From assembly GCA_017305455.1 (NCBI GenBank), contig JAFKKO010000117.1, positions 21,824-85,823 on the forward strand: 64,000 nucleotides of DNA, written 5' to 3'. Below the pieces are notes generated by a model, which was not told the DNA's origin, made no database searches, and saw only the letters and a program-made list of their open reading frames with translations. Origin of the DNA: Hyphomicrobiales bacterium. Lineage in GTDB: Bacteria > Pseudomonadota > Alphaproteobacteria > Rhizobiales > Xanthobacteraceae. How positions within the stretch are numbered: the stretch's first letter is position 1; every line of letters begins with the position of its first letter. This document shows, one piece after another, positions 38,491 to 46,874 of the stretch. The position numbers were made by a program, and so were the translations under genes.

Positions 38491-40173
38491 ATGAATCATA
38501 ATACTCCTTTGATATCAACGATCGTCGTCGGTCTTGTGCTGGCTTTCATTCTCGGCACGCTGGTCCAGCGGGTTCGTGTTTCTCCGCTGGTCGGGTATTT
38601 GCTTGCCGGCGTGGTGATGGGGCCCTTCACCCCCGGTTACGTCGCCGACCAGAACATCGCCAACGAGCTTGCCGAAATCGGCATCATCCTGCTGATGTTC
38701 GGCGTCGGCCTGCATTTCTCGCTGAAGGATCTGTGGTCGGTGCGCGCCATCGCCTTGCCCGGCGCCGTGGTGCAGATCACGGCGGCGACGGTGATGGGCT
38801 GGGCGCTCGGCTGGACGCTGGGCTGGAGCACCGGCAAGGGCATCATGTTCGGCATCGCGCTCTCCACCGCGTCCACGGTGGTGCTGCTGCGCGCCATGCA
38901 GGAGCGGCGGCTGATCGACACCGAGCGCGGCCGCATCGCGGTCGGCTGGCTGATCGTCGAGGATATCTTCTGCGTCCTGACGCTGGTGATGCTGCCGCCG
39001 CTGGCGGGCCTGATGAGCGGGGAGGCGGTCGGCAGTCTCGCATTGTCGGCGCTGGTCTGGCCGATGGCGGCGACGATCGGCAAGGTCGCGACCTTCGTGC
39101 TGCTGATGCTGGTGGTCGGCCGCCGCGTCATTCCCTGGCTGCTGCATTATGTCGCCCATACCGGCTCGCGCGAATTGTTCCGCCTCGCGGTGTTCGCGAT
39201 CTCGCTCGGCGTCGCGTTCGGCGCGGCAATCCTGTTCGACGTCTCGTTCGCGCTGGGCGCGTTCTTCGCCGGCATGATCCTCAGCGAATCCGAACTCAGC
39301 CAGCGCGCCGCCAGCGAGACGCTGCCGCTGCGCGATGCGTTCGCGGTGCTGTTCTTCGTCTCGGTCGGCATGCTGTTCGACCCCTCGATCATCATCAAGG
39401 AGCCGCTGCCGCTGCTGGCGACGCTGTTCATCATCCTGTTCGGCAAGTCGCTGGCGGCCTACGCCATCGTGCGGGTGTTCGGTTATTCCAACTCGACCGC
39501 GCTGACGATCTCGGCGAGCCTGGCGCAGATCGGCGAGTTCTCCTTCATTCTCGTCGCGCTCGGCGTCAGCCTGTCGCTGATGAGCGAGCGCGGCCGCGAT
39601 CTGGTGCTGGCCGGCTCCATCATCACCATCATGCTCAACCCGCTATGGTTCGCGCTGCTCGACCGCGTGCTGGCGGAGAAGGAGGGTGCGCCGAAAGCGC
39701 CGCCGGACGAGAAGCCCGCGCCGCGTGTCGAACTGCCGGTCTCGCTCCTCACCAACCATGTGGTGCTGGTCGGCTATGGCCGGGTCGGCAGCGTGGTCGG
39801 CAAAGCGCTGCGTGCGAGCAACGTTCCGCTGCTGGTGATCGAGGACAATCCCGGCACGATCGAGCGGCTGCGGCAGGAGAGTGTCGACGTCATCACCGGC
39901 AACGCCGCGGCGCCGGGCATGCTGCAGGCGGCCAATCTCGCCGCTGCGCGCGGCCTGCTGGTGGCGATCCCCGATGCCTTCGAGGGCGGCCAGATCGTCG
40001 CCAAGGCGCGCGCGGTCAGCACCAGCGTTCCGATCATCGCGCGGGCGCATTCGGAGGAGGAAATCGCGCACCTCAAGCATCATGGCGCCAATTCGGTGAT
40101 CATGGGCGAGCATGAGATCGCCAAGGCGATGATCGCGCAGATCGGCATGGGAGCGCAGCCGCTGGCGTCGTGA
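38491..40173 (+). CDS. Kef-type monovalent cation:proton antiporter (YbaL-like) with a C-terminal TrkA-N domain
   Basis: Na/H-exchanger membrane domain (LVGYLLAGVVMGPFTPG) followed by the Rossmann motif VVLVGYGRVGSVVG. The start is moved to ATG 38491. Confidence 0.88.
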   Translation: MNHNTPLISTIVVGLVLAFILGTLVQRVRVSPLVGYLLAGVVMGPFTPGYVADQNIANELAEIGIILLMFGVGLHFSLKDLWSVRAIALPGAVVQITAATVMGWALGWTLGWSTGKGIMFGIALSTASTVVLLRAMQERRLIDTERGRIAVGWLIVEDIFCVLTLVMLPPLAGLMSGEAVGSLALSALVWPMAATIGKVATFVLLMLVVGRRVIPWLLHYVAHTGSRELFRLAVFAISLGVAFGAAILFDVSFALGAFFAGMILSESELSQRAASETLPLRDAFAVLFFVSVGMLFDPSIIIKEPLPLLATLFIILFGKSLAAYAIVRVFGYSNSTALTISASLAQIGEFSFILVALGVSLSLMSERGRDLVLAGSIITIMLNPLWFALLDRVLAEKEGAPKAPPDEKPAPRVELPVSLLTNHVVLVGYGRVGSVVGKALRASNVPLLVIEDNPGTIERLRQESVDVITGNAAAPGMLQAANLAAARGLLVAIPDAFEGGQIVAKARAVSTSVPIIARAHSEEEIAHLKHHGANSVIMGEHEIAKAMIAQIGMGAQPLAS

Positions 40174-40202
40174 GGTCGTGATGAAATGAAGTGGCTGTTT
40201 CT

Positions 40203-40289
40203 GTCGTCATTGCGAGCGAAGCGAAGCAATCCAGAAGCGCCAAGGTGAGAGCTGGATTGCTTCGTCGCTATCGCTCCTCGCAATGACGA
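40203..40289. repeat. Palindromic REP/MITE-like element, family B
   Basis: gtcgtcattgcgagcgaagcgaagcaatccag ... ctggattgcttcgtcgctatcgctcctcgcaatgacga forms a long imperfect inverted repeat. Confidence 0.75.
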
Positions 40290-40331
40290 TGATTGAGGCT
40301 GTACGGACAAAAATCTCGGTCATGCCAAAAG

Positions 40332-40419
40332 TCGTCATGGCCGGATGTATCCAGCCATCGGCGTCTTGATGGTCTCCGTGGGAAGGCGTGGATCCCCGGG
40401 ACCAGCCCGGGCATGACGG
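40332..40419. repeat. Composite hairpin-pair repeat, family A, copy 3 (left arm degenerate)
   Basis: tcgtcatggccggatgtatccagccatcggcg ... cgtggatccccgggaccagcccgggcatgacgg, with the same arm order and orientation as copies 1 and 2. Confidence 0.7.
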
Positions 40420-40482
40420 CTACTGCGATTGCCGATCCTGCCGTCGCAGGCAACCCTTCAAGGCTGTTACTGACCTGACAAC

Positions 40483-40516
40483 AAAAAAGGCGCGGATCGC
40501 TCCGCGCCTTTGTTTT
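40483..40516. terminator. Bidirectional intrinsic terminator (icd on the minus strand, Kef-type gene on the plus strand)
   Basis: The sequence is aaaaaa-ggcgcgga-tcgc-tccgcgcc-tttgtttt, giving A/T runs on both sides of a 10-bp stem. It lies 18 nt from the icd stop. Confidence 0.8.
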
Positions 40517-40533
40517 AAGGGGGTTTGCGGGGC

Positions 40534-41751
40534 TTACGCCGTCGCCATCGCCTTGGTCATGTTCTCCGCCACCTTGTCGAGGAAACCGGTGGTCGAGAGC
40601 CAGCGCTGTTCGGCGCCGACCAGCAGCGCGAGGTCCTTGGTCATGTAGCCGGCTTCCACCGTCTCGACGCAGACCCGCTCCAGCGTCTTGGCGAACTTCG
40701 CCAGCGCCTCGTTGTTGTCGAGCTTGGCGCGGTGGGCCAGCCCTTGCGTCCAGGCGAAGATCGAGGCGATCGAGTTGGTCGAGGTCTCGTTGCCCTTCTG
40801 GTGCTCGCGATAGTGGCGGGTCACGGTGCCGTGGGCGGCCTCGGCTTCCACCGTCTTGCCGTCCGGCGTCAGCAGCACCGAGGTCATCAGGCCGAGCGAG
40901 CCGTAGCCCTGCGCCACGGTGTCGGACTGCACGTCGCCATCGTAGTTCTTGCAGGCCCAGACATAGCCGCCCGACCATTTCAGCGCCGAGGCCACCATGT
41001 CGTCGATCAGCCGGTGCTCGTAGGTCAGCTTCTTGGCCTCGAATTCCTTCTTGAATTCGGAATCGTAGATTTCCTGGAAGATGTCCTTGAAGCGGCCGTC
41101 ATAGACCTTGAGGATGGTGTTCTTGGTCGACAGATAGACCGGGTAGCCGCGCGACAGGCCGTAGTTGAACGAGGCGCGGGCGAAATCCTTGATCGAGTCG
41201 TCGAGGTTGTACATGCCCATCGCGACGCCGCCGCCGGGGGCGCGGAACACCTCTTTCTCGATCACCTTGCCGTCCTCGCCGACGAACTTCATGGTCAGCG
41301 TGCCGGCGGTCGGGAATTTGAAATCGGTGGCGCGGTACTGGTCGCCATAGGCATGACGGCCGATGATGATCGGCTTGGTCCAGCCGGGCACCAGGCGCGG
41401 CACGTTCTTGCAGATGATGGGCTCGCGGAAGATCACGCCGCCGAGGATGTTGCGGATGGTGCCGTTCGGCGACTTCCACATCTCCTTGAGGCCGAATTCC
41501 TTCACCCGCGCCTCGTCGGGGGTGATGGTCGCGCATTTGACGCCGACGCCGTGCTTCTTGATGGCGTTGGCGGCGTCGATGGTCACCTGATCGTTGGTCT
41601 TGTCGCGGTGCTCCATCCCGAGGTCGTAATATTCGAGGTTCACATCGAGGAAGGGATGGATCAGCTTGTCCTTGATGTACTGCCAGATGATCCGGGTCAT
41701 CTCGTCGCCATCGAGTTCGACGACAGGGTTCGCTACCTTGATTTTTGCCAT
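40534..41751 (-). CDS. icd: NADP-dependent isocitrate dehydrogenase (homodimeric, eukaryote-like type)
   Basis: [31 protein letters not shown]... shows 405-aa full-length similarity to the IDH1-like subfamily. Confidence 0.96.
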   Translation of the reverse strand: MAKIKVANPVVELDGDEMTRIIWQYIKDKLIHPFLDVNLEYYDLGMEHRDKTNDQVTIDAANAIKKHGVGVKCATITPDEARVKEFGLKEMWKSPNGTIRNILGGVIFREPIICKNVPRLVPGWTKPIIIGRHAYGDQYRATDFKFPTAGTLTMKFVGEDGKVIEKEVFRAPGGGVAMGMYNLDDSIKDFARASFNYGLSRGYPVYLSTKNTILKVYDGRFKDIFQEIYDSEFKKEFEAKKLTYEHRLIDDMVASALKWSGGYVWACKNYDGDVQSDTVAQGYGSLGLMTSVLLTPDGKTVEAEAAHGTVTRHYREHQKGNETSTNSIASIFAWTQGLAHRAKLDNNEALAKFAKTLERVCVETVEAGYMTKDLALLVGAEQRWLSTTGFLDKVAENMTKAMATA

Positions 41752-41995
41752 GCGGATCGTGCCTTCTGAGAGGAAAATTGCGGCGGGAACGATATTCGCC
41801 GGCGGCTATAGCATCGCGCCTTGCAGTGCGGAAGGCAGCCCAAAGCAGTAGAGCGATGCAGGAGCGGTCATGATCGGCGCCTCTCGCGCAGGGTGATGCC
41901 GCGTATGGCTCTCCGATTCAAAACAATTTCGTAACCCATTTATTATATTATTGATTTTTCTTCGGCTGGAAACTTTTTCCAACTCTCGCAGCGGC

Positions 41996-42192
41996 TTGAA
42001 TCAATCTCTTCACGACTTGATTCAAAGTCTTAAGCAGTTGAATCAACGTGCTGACGACCGGATTCAGATTCTTCAGCTCTTGAATCAAAAACTTCGGCTT
42101 CTGAATCAACCGCCTCACGGGTTAGCGCGAATCCTCGCCTCTTGAATCAAGGTCTTCGATGGGTGATGCACATCCTTCAGCCCTTGATTCAG
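41996..42192. repeat. 21-bp phased tandem array (~10 units) with palindromic core TTGA(A/T)TCAA
   Basis: Units start at 41996, 42017, 42038, 42059, 42080, 42101, 42122, 42142 and 42184. Ten GANTC pentamers lie within 41998-42190. The array sits in a locally AT-rich intergenic island. Confidence 0.9.
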
Positions 42193-42203
42193 AAAGCGAG
42201 CCG

Positions 42204-43388
42204 ATGTCGGGCACCGACAAGACCAAAACGCCGACCCAGCCCGAGGGGCCCATCGTGGTCCTGGTGGAGCCGCAGCTCGGCGAGAACATCGGCATGGCCG
42301 CCCGCGCCATGGGCAATTTCGGCCTGCGGCGGTTGCGGCTGGTGAAGCCGCGCGACGGCTGGCCGAACATGGCGGCGCAGCGCGCGGCGGCGGGGGCCGA
42401 CCACATCCTCGATGCGGTGGAGCTGTTCGACAGCGTCGAGGCGGCGGTGGCCGACTGCTCGCTGCTGTTCGCCACCACCGCCCGCGCCCATGACCAGGCC
42501 AAGCCGGTGGTGGGACCGGAGGCGGCGGCGGGCGAGATCGTCCGGGAGATCGGGCAGGGCGGCACCGCCGCGATCCTGTTCGGCCGCGAGCGCTGGGGCC
42601 TCACCAACGAGGAGGTGTCGCTCGCGGGCCGGATCATCACCTTTCCGGTCAATCCGGCCTTCGCCTCGCTCAACCTCGCGCAGGCGGTGCTGCTGACCGG
42701 CTATGAATGGTTCAAGCAGGCCACCGGCGGCGCGCTGCCATTCGCCATGCCCGAGCGCTCCGAACGCGCCTCCGGCCACCAGATGCAGGCGTTCTTCGAC
42801 AATCTGGTCGCCGAGCTCGACAAGGTCGAATTCCTGCGTCCGGTGGAGAAGCGCGACACCATGCTGGTCAATCTGCGCAACATCTTCACGCGGATGGAGC
42901 CGACCAAGCAGGACATGCACACCCTGCACGGCGTGGTGATGGCGATTGCCGAGGGCCGCAAGGGCCCGGCCAAGGGCGGGGTGCTCGACAGCGACGGCGC
43001 CGAGCGGCTGCGGACCCTGCTCGCCGAGCATGGCGACGGCCGCGGCGGGCAGGAGAGCGGCGGCAGCGTGCGCGGGCTGGCTCGGATGCTGCGGCGCAAT
43101 CCGACCGACGCCGAGCGCATCCTGTGGAAGGCGCTGACCACCGACCGGCGCTTCGCCGCCCAGTTCAAGCGCCAGACCCCGGTGGGGCGGCATATCCCGG
43201 ATTTCGTCTCCTTCATCCGCCGCGTCGCGGTCGAGATCGTCCATGACGGCGAGGCCGAAGTGGTGACGCATGACCGCGCCCGCCGCGGCGAATGGCTGCG
43301 CGAGCGCGGCTACCGGGTGGTGGAGTTGTCCGCCGCCGCGATCGAGCGCGATCTCGGCGTGGCGCTGGAGGCGATCGCCGCGGCGTAG
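42204..43388 (+). CDS. SpoU/TrmJ-like RNA 2'-O-methyltransferase fused to a C-terminal DUF559 (Vsr-like endonuclease fold) domain
   Basis: The N-terminal ~250 aa (VVLVEPQLGENIGMAARAMGNFGL..LRLV.PR; FGRERWGLTNEE; ASLNLAQAV) are TrmJ-like. The C-terminal ~110 aa (ARMLRRNPTDAERILWKAL...FKRQTPVGRHIPDFVSF...VEIVHDG...RGYRVVEL) are DUF559-like. ATG 42204 and the listed 42159 are both possible starts. Confidence 0.75.
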   Translation: MSGTDKTKTPTQPEGPIVVLVEPQLGENIGMAARAMGNFGLRRLRLVKPRDGWPNMAAQRAAAGADHILDAVELFDSVEAAVADCSLLFATTARAHDQAKPVVGPEAAAGEIVREIGQGGTAAILFGRERWGLTNEEVSLAGRIITFPVNPAFASLNLAQAVLLTGYEWFKQATGGALPFAMPERSERASGHQMQAFFDNLVAELDKVEFLRPVEKRDTMLVNLRNIFTRMEPTKQDMHTLHGVVMAIAEGRKGPAKGGVLDSDGAERLRTLLAEHGDGRGGQESGGSVRGLARMLRRNPTDAERILWKALTTDRRFAAQFKRQTPVGRHIPDFVSFIRRVAVEIVHDGEAEVVTHDRARRGEWLRERGYRVVELSAAAIERDLGVALEAIAAA

Positions 43389-43404
43389 CCGGCCGTTCGC
43401 GGGC

Positions 43405-44157
43405 CTAGACGCGCCCGAACAGGTGCGGCACCGACGACACCAGCATGGCGATGCCCGAGAGCGTCAGCAGGCCGAGCACGATCTGCCGGAACGTGGTCTC
43501 GCTGATGCCGATATAGACGCGGGTGCCGAGCAGCGTCGGGATCAGCATCGCCGGCAGGATCAGGCCGAAGGTCGGCAGCAGCTTCACCGTGACGATGCCG
43601 GAGGCGATGTAGCCCGCCATGGTGGCGGTGAGGGTGGCGAGATTGAAGTTCTGGATGATCGAGCGCTGGACGTCCTTGTCGTAGCGCCGCAGCGTGCACC
43701 ACAGCGTCGGGATCACGCCCGAATAGCCGCCGAACCCGCTCATGATGCCGCCGGTCAGGCCGATCACGCTGTTGAGCACCGCGCCGCCGAACCGGACCGG
43801 CGGCAGGCGCGATGACACCAGCATGATCGGGCACCAGATCGCGAGCAGCGCGCCCAGCATGGTCTTGAACAGATGGCCGTCGAGATGGGGCAGGATGGCG
43901 ACGCCAATGGGAATTCCGGCAAAGCCGCCGGCGAGATAGGGCCAGAACAGCTGCCAATTGAAGCCGCGCCGCACTGTGAAGACGGCGAGCAACTGCCCCG
44001 TCATCGCGCCGAACACCACCATCGGCGCGATCAGTTGTGGCTCGACCGCCCAGATCCAGATCGAGGTGGCGACGAGGCCGAAGGTGAAGCCGGACAGCCC
44101 CTGCACGAACCCGGCGACGGCGGCTCCGAGTGCGATGATGAGGATGGTCGCGGACAT
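43405..44157 (-). CDS. TauE/SafE-family anion (sulfite) exporter
   Basis: 250-aa polytopic protein, MSATILIIALGAAVAGFVQGLSGFTFGL... The start is moved from the listed 44289 to ATG 44157. Confidence 0.8.
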   Translation of the reverse strand: MSATILIIALGAAVAGFVQGLSGFTFGLVATSIWIWAVEPQLIAPMVVFGAMTGQLLAVFTVRRGFNWQLFWPYLAGGFAGIPIGVAILPHLDGHLFKTMLGALLAIWCPIMLVSSRLPPVRFGGAVLNSVIGLTGGIMSGFGGYSGVIPTLWCTLRRYDKDVQRSIIQNFNLATLTATMAGYIASGIVTVKLLPTFGLILPAMLIPTLLGTRVYIGISETTFRQIVLGLLTLSGIAMLVSSVPHLFGRV

Positions 44158-44398
44158 GCGGGGGGCGGGTCGCCTGCTGATCGCCGCGGCAGGTCCGGCC
44201 GGCGCTGCGGAGGGTGAGTGATTCCTTCCAGTGCAACATAGCCCCGCGGGCCCCGCAAGCATGGCCCTTGCGCTTTGGCGCCAACGCATGTGTCATCCGT
44301 GCACTGACGGCGGTTTTCGCGAATTATTCCGGTTTGCGGAATAAAGCGCCGCAGCGAAGTGTTGCTTGAAAACTAAACCAGAATAAAGGGAGGTTTTT

Positions 44399-44890
44399 AT
44401 GCGCTCATTTGGTCTTGTCCTGCTGACGACAGCGTCCGCGCTTGCCGCCGGCCCGGTGTCCGCGCAGGCGCCGCAGGTCGAGAAGAACGTTTCGATGGCC
44501 ATGGCGATGGCGATCATGCAGGGCACGCTCGATCAGTGCAAAGCCGACGGCTACAAGGTCTCGGTCACCGTCGTCGACAAGGCCGGCAATGTCGCCGCGC
44601 AGATCCGCGGCGACGGCACCAGTCCGCACACCATGGAATACAGCCGCCTGAAGGCCTACACCGCACGCACGCGCGGCATGACGTCGGGCGATTTCGCCAA
44701 GCAGACCGAGGATCCGAAGATGGCGTACCTGCGCCAGATCCCGAACACGGTCTATGCGGCGGGCGGCGTGCCGATCAAGGCCGGCAATGAAGTGATCGGC
44801 GCGGCCGGCGCCTCGGGCGCGCCCGGAGGCGACAAGGACGAAGCCTGCGTCAATGCCGGCATCGCCAAGGTGGCCGACGCGCTGAAATAA
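44399..44890 (+). CDS. Secreted GlcG/HbpS-like (DUF336) heme-binding protein
   Basis: The signal peptide is MRSFGLVLLTTASALAAGPVSA|QA. The motifs VSVTVVDKAGN...GGVPIKAGNEVIGAAGASGAPGGDKDEAC are typical of GlcG/HbpS. An AGGGAGG SD is present. Confidence 0.85.
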   Translation: MRSFGLVLLTTASALAAGPVSAQAPQVEKNVSMAMAMAIMQGTLDQCKADGYKVSVTVVDKAGNVAAQIRGDGTSPHTMEYSRLKAYTARTRGMTSGDFAKQTEDPKMAYLRQIPNTVYAAGGVPIKAGNEVIGAAGASGAPGGDKDEACVNAGIAKVADALK

Positions 44891-44911
44891 GCTTGCCGGA
44901 TATTCTTGCAG

Positions 44912-44947
44912 GCGCCGCGCGGCACGTTTCGCGCGGCGCGTGTTTTT
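44912..44947 (+). terminator. Intrinsic terminator after the GlcG-like gene
   Basis: Perfect 10-bp stem gcgccgcgcg/cgcgcggcgc with an 8-nt loop, followed by gtgttttt. Confidence 0.8.
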
Positions 44948-45036
44948 GCGCGGCGATCGTCCCGGACTGTTCGGGAGCGAGCCTGATCCTTGTGGCGGTG
45001 AGCGGCCTGAAAGCCGGGTCTCGAACCGTGAGGCCG

Positions 45037-45083
45037 CCCTCATTCCGCGAGAGGCCTGCTGCGCAGGCTCCTCGGGATGAGGG
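45037..45083. repeat. Imperfect palindromic REP-like element
   Basis: ccctcattccgcgagaggcctgc-tgc-gcaggctcctcgggatgaggg has ~22-bp arms with a few mismatches. Confidence 0.5.
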
Positions 45084-45093
45084 CGCCGGCGCG

Positions 45094-45411
45094 TTACACG
45101 CCGGCCTTGACCTGCTGGATGGCGGCGGCCATCAATTCGTCCATCTTCACCCGGATCTGCTGTTCGGTGACGCCCTTCTCGGCCAGGTCCTCGGCGACCT
45201 TGCGCAGCACGTCGCGATCGCCGCTTTCCTCGAAATCGGCGGCGACCACCTCCTTGGCGTAGGCGGCGGCTTCATCGCCCGACTTGCCCAGCCGTTCGGC
45301 GGCCCAGAGCCCCAAAAGCTTGTTGCGACGGGCCTCCGCCTTGAATTTCTGTTCCTCGTCGAGAGCAAACTTCTTTTCGAAGCCTTCCTCGCGCTTGTCG
45401 AAAGAGGACAT
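45094..45411 (-). CDS. DUF1476 protein (F1-ATPase inhibitor zeta-subunit family)
   Basis: The 105-aa product MSSFDKREEGFEKKFALDEEQKFKAEARRNKLLGLWAAE... matches the alphaproteobacterial DUF1476/zeta family. Only the last 105 codons of the listed 466-aa ORF are used. Confidence 0.85.
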   Translation of the reverse strand: MSSFDKREEGFEKKFALDEEQKFKAEARRNKLLGLWAAERLGKSGDEAAAYAKEVVAADFEESGDRDVLRKVAEDLAEKGVTEQQIRVKMDELMAAAIQQVKAGV

Positions 45412-45702
45412 ATATCTGTTCCGTCGTTTGAATTGGGACCAAGGACAGCCACGCGGCTGGCCCTTCGATATAGGTTCCCGTTCCAGCGGTGCAATATCCG
45501 AAAGGTCGCAGGCCGGGGTTAAACAAGGCGGTAAAACCCCCCGGGTTGCGTTGTATCGGCAGGCCCAATCGGTTAGGTTGCCTGCGAGTCCAGGTTCGCG
45601 ATTTGTTTCGCGTTTTTGGGCTTCGCGGCAGCTCCGTCGCGGGATCGCGTAACACCCGGAGCGTTCCATTCCATGGATTTCAACAACACACGGTACATCC
45701 CT

Positions 45703-46470
45703 ATGAGCCGTCGGCGCCGTATTTACGAAGGCAAGGGCAAGGTTCTGTATGAAGGACCCGAACCCGGCACACTGATCCAGCATTTCAAGGACGACGCCAC
45801 CGCGTTCAATGCCAAGAAACACCAGATCATCGAGGGCAAGGGTGTCCTCAACAACCGGATCTCGGAATACATCTTCCAGCATCTGAACGACATCGGGGTG
45901 CCGACGCATTTCATCAAGCGCCTCAATATGCGCGAGCAGTTGATCCGCGAGGTCGAGATCGTGCCGCTCGAGGTGGTGGTGCGCAACGTCGCAGCCGGCT
46001 CGCTGTCGCAGCGTCTCGGCATCGAGGAGGGCACCCAGCTTCCGCGCTCGATCATCGAGTTCTATTACAAGAACGATCAGCTCGGCGATCCGATGGTGTC
46101 CGAAGAGCACATCACCGCGTTCGGCTGGGCGACGCCGCAGGAAATCGACGACATCATGGCGCTCGCCATCCGCGTCAACGACTTCCTCTCCGGCCTGTTC
46201 CTCGGCATCGGCATCCGCCTCGTCGACTTCAAGATGGAGTGCGGCCGCCTGTTCGAGAACGAGATGATGCGCATCGTCGTCGCCGACGAGATTTCGCCGG
46301 ATAGCTGCCGGCTGTGGGACATCAAGTCGAACGAGAAGCTCGACAAGGATCGCTTCCGCCGCGATCTCGGCGGCCTGCTCGAGGCCTACACCGAAGTCGC
46401 CAAGCGTCTCGGCATCCTGATCGAGAACGAGCGTCCAGCAGGCTCCGGTCCGGTGCTGGTGAAGAGCTGA
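45703..46470 (+). CDS. purC: Phosphoribosylaminoimidazole-succinocarboxamide (SAICAR) synthase
   Basis: [40 protein letters not shown]... The start is moved to ATG 45703. Confidence 0.96.
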   Translation: MSRRRRIYEGKGKVLYEGPEPGTLIQHFKDDATAFNAKKHQIIEGKGVLNNRISEYIFQHLNDIGVPTHFIKRLNMREQLIREVEIVPLEVVVRNVAAGSLSQRLGIEEGTQLPRSIIEFYYKNDQLGDPMVSEEHITAFGWATPQEIDDIMALAIRVNDFLSGLFLGIGIRLVDFKMECGRLFENEMMRIVVADEISPDSCRLWDIKSNEKLDKDRFRRDLGGLLEAYTEVAKRLGILIENERPAGSGPVLVKS

Positions 46471-46541
46471 ATCATCTCTCATGGTTCGAGACACATCGTC
46501 ATGGCAGGCGTAGCCTGCGTAAACTTGGCTACGATGCGATG

Positions 46542-46600
46542 CTCCTCACCATGAGGTTCTTATCCTGAGGAGCGCGCTTGCGCGCGTCTCGAAGGATGAG
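46542..46600. repeat. Nested imperfect palindromes (REP-like) in the purC-purS spacer
   Basis: ctcctca...tgaggag, plus tcctgaggagcgcgc-ttg-cgcgcgtctcgaagga. It is related in flavour to the 45037 element. Confidence 0.4.
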
Positions 46601-46623
46601 GAAAAGAAGGGCAGATTTCGCAG

Positions 46624-46866
46624 ATGAAAGCGCGCGTCACTGTTACGCTGAAGAACGGCATTCTGGATCCGCAGGGCAAGGCCATTGAGGGCGCGCTGAG
46701 GTCGCTCGGCGTCGATGGCATCGCCAGCGTGCGGCAGGGCAAGGTGTTCGACATCGAGGTCGAAGGCAGCGACAGGGCGAAGGCCGAGGCCGCGCTCAAG
46801 GCCGCGGCCGACAAGCTGCTCGCCAACACCGTGATCGAGAACTACCGCGTCGAAGTCCTGAGCTAG
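46624..46866 (+). CDS. purS: FGAM synthase subunit PurS
   Basis: 80 aa: [29 protein letters not shown]... Confidence 0.95.
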   Translation: MKARVTVTLKNGILDPQGKAIEGALRSLGVDGIASVRQGKVFDIEVEGSDRAKAEAALKAAADKLLANTVIENYRVEVLS

Positions 46867-46874
46867 ATCGAACG

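Noticed and set aside
41951-42145. 64-aa ORF through the 21-bp array, giving heptad repeats (LNQSLHD LIQSLKQ LNQRADD...). A ~55-codon heptad ORF (xxKxLIQ) is also open on the minus strand.
   Set aside because: Both strands are open simply because the repeat unit lacks stop triplets. Codon third positions are AT-rich, unlike every confident gene here, and there is no convincing SD. I kept this as an alternative hypothesis inside the array finding but did not call it as a CDS.
41996-42192. CRISPR array, considered for this array and for the 13-bp repeat at 6841-6918
   Set aside because: The units are directly abutting with no unique spacers. At 21 and 13 bp the repeats are too short, and there are no cas genes in the window.
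41996-42192. FixK/FNR boxes or CtrA boxes
   Set aside because: FixK/FNR sites need TTGA-N6-TCAA, but here the half-sites are separated by a single base. CtrA needs TTAA-N7-TTAA, which is absent.
45412-45702. ZTP/purine-type riboswitch upstream of purC
   Set aside because: I could not find the conserved ZTP (pfl) or purine aptamer cores on either strand by eye. It is left as a structured spacer that needs a covariance-model scan.
45094-46494. Listed 466-aa minus-strand ORF
   Set aside because: Only its last 105 codons (45094-45411) encode the DUF1476 protein. The upstream part is antisense to purC and crosses the intergenic spacer.
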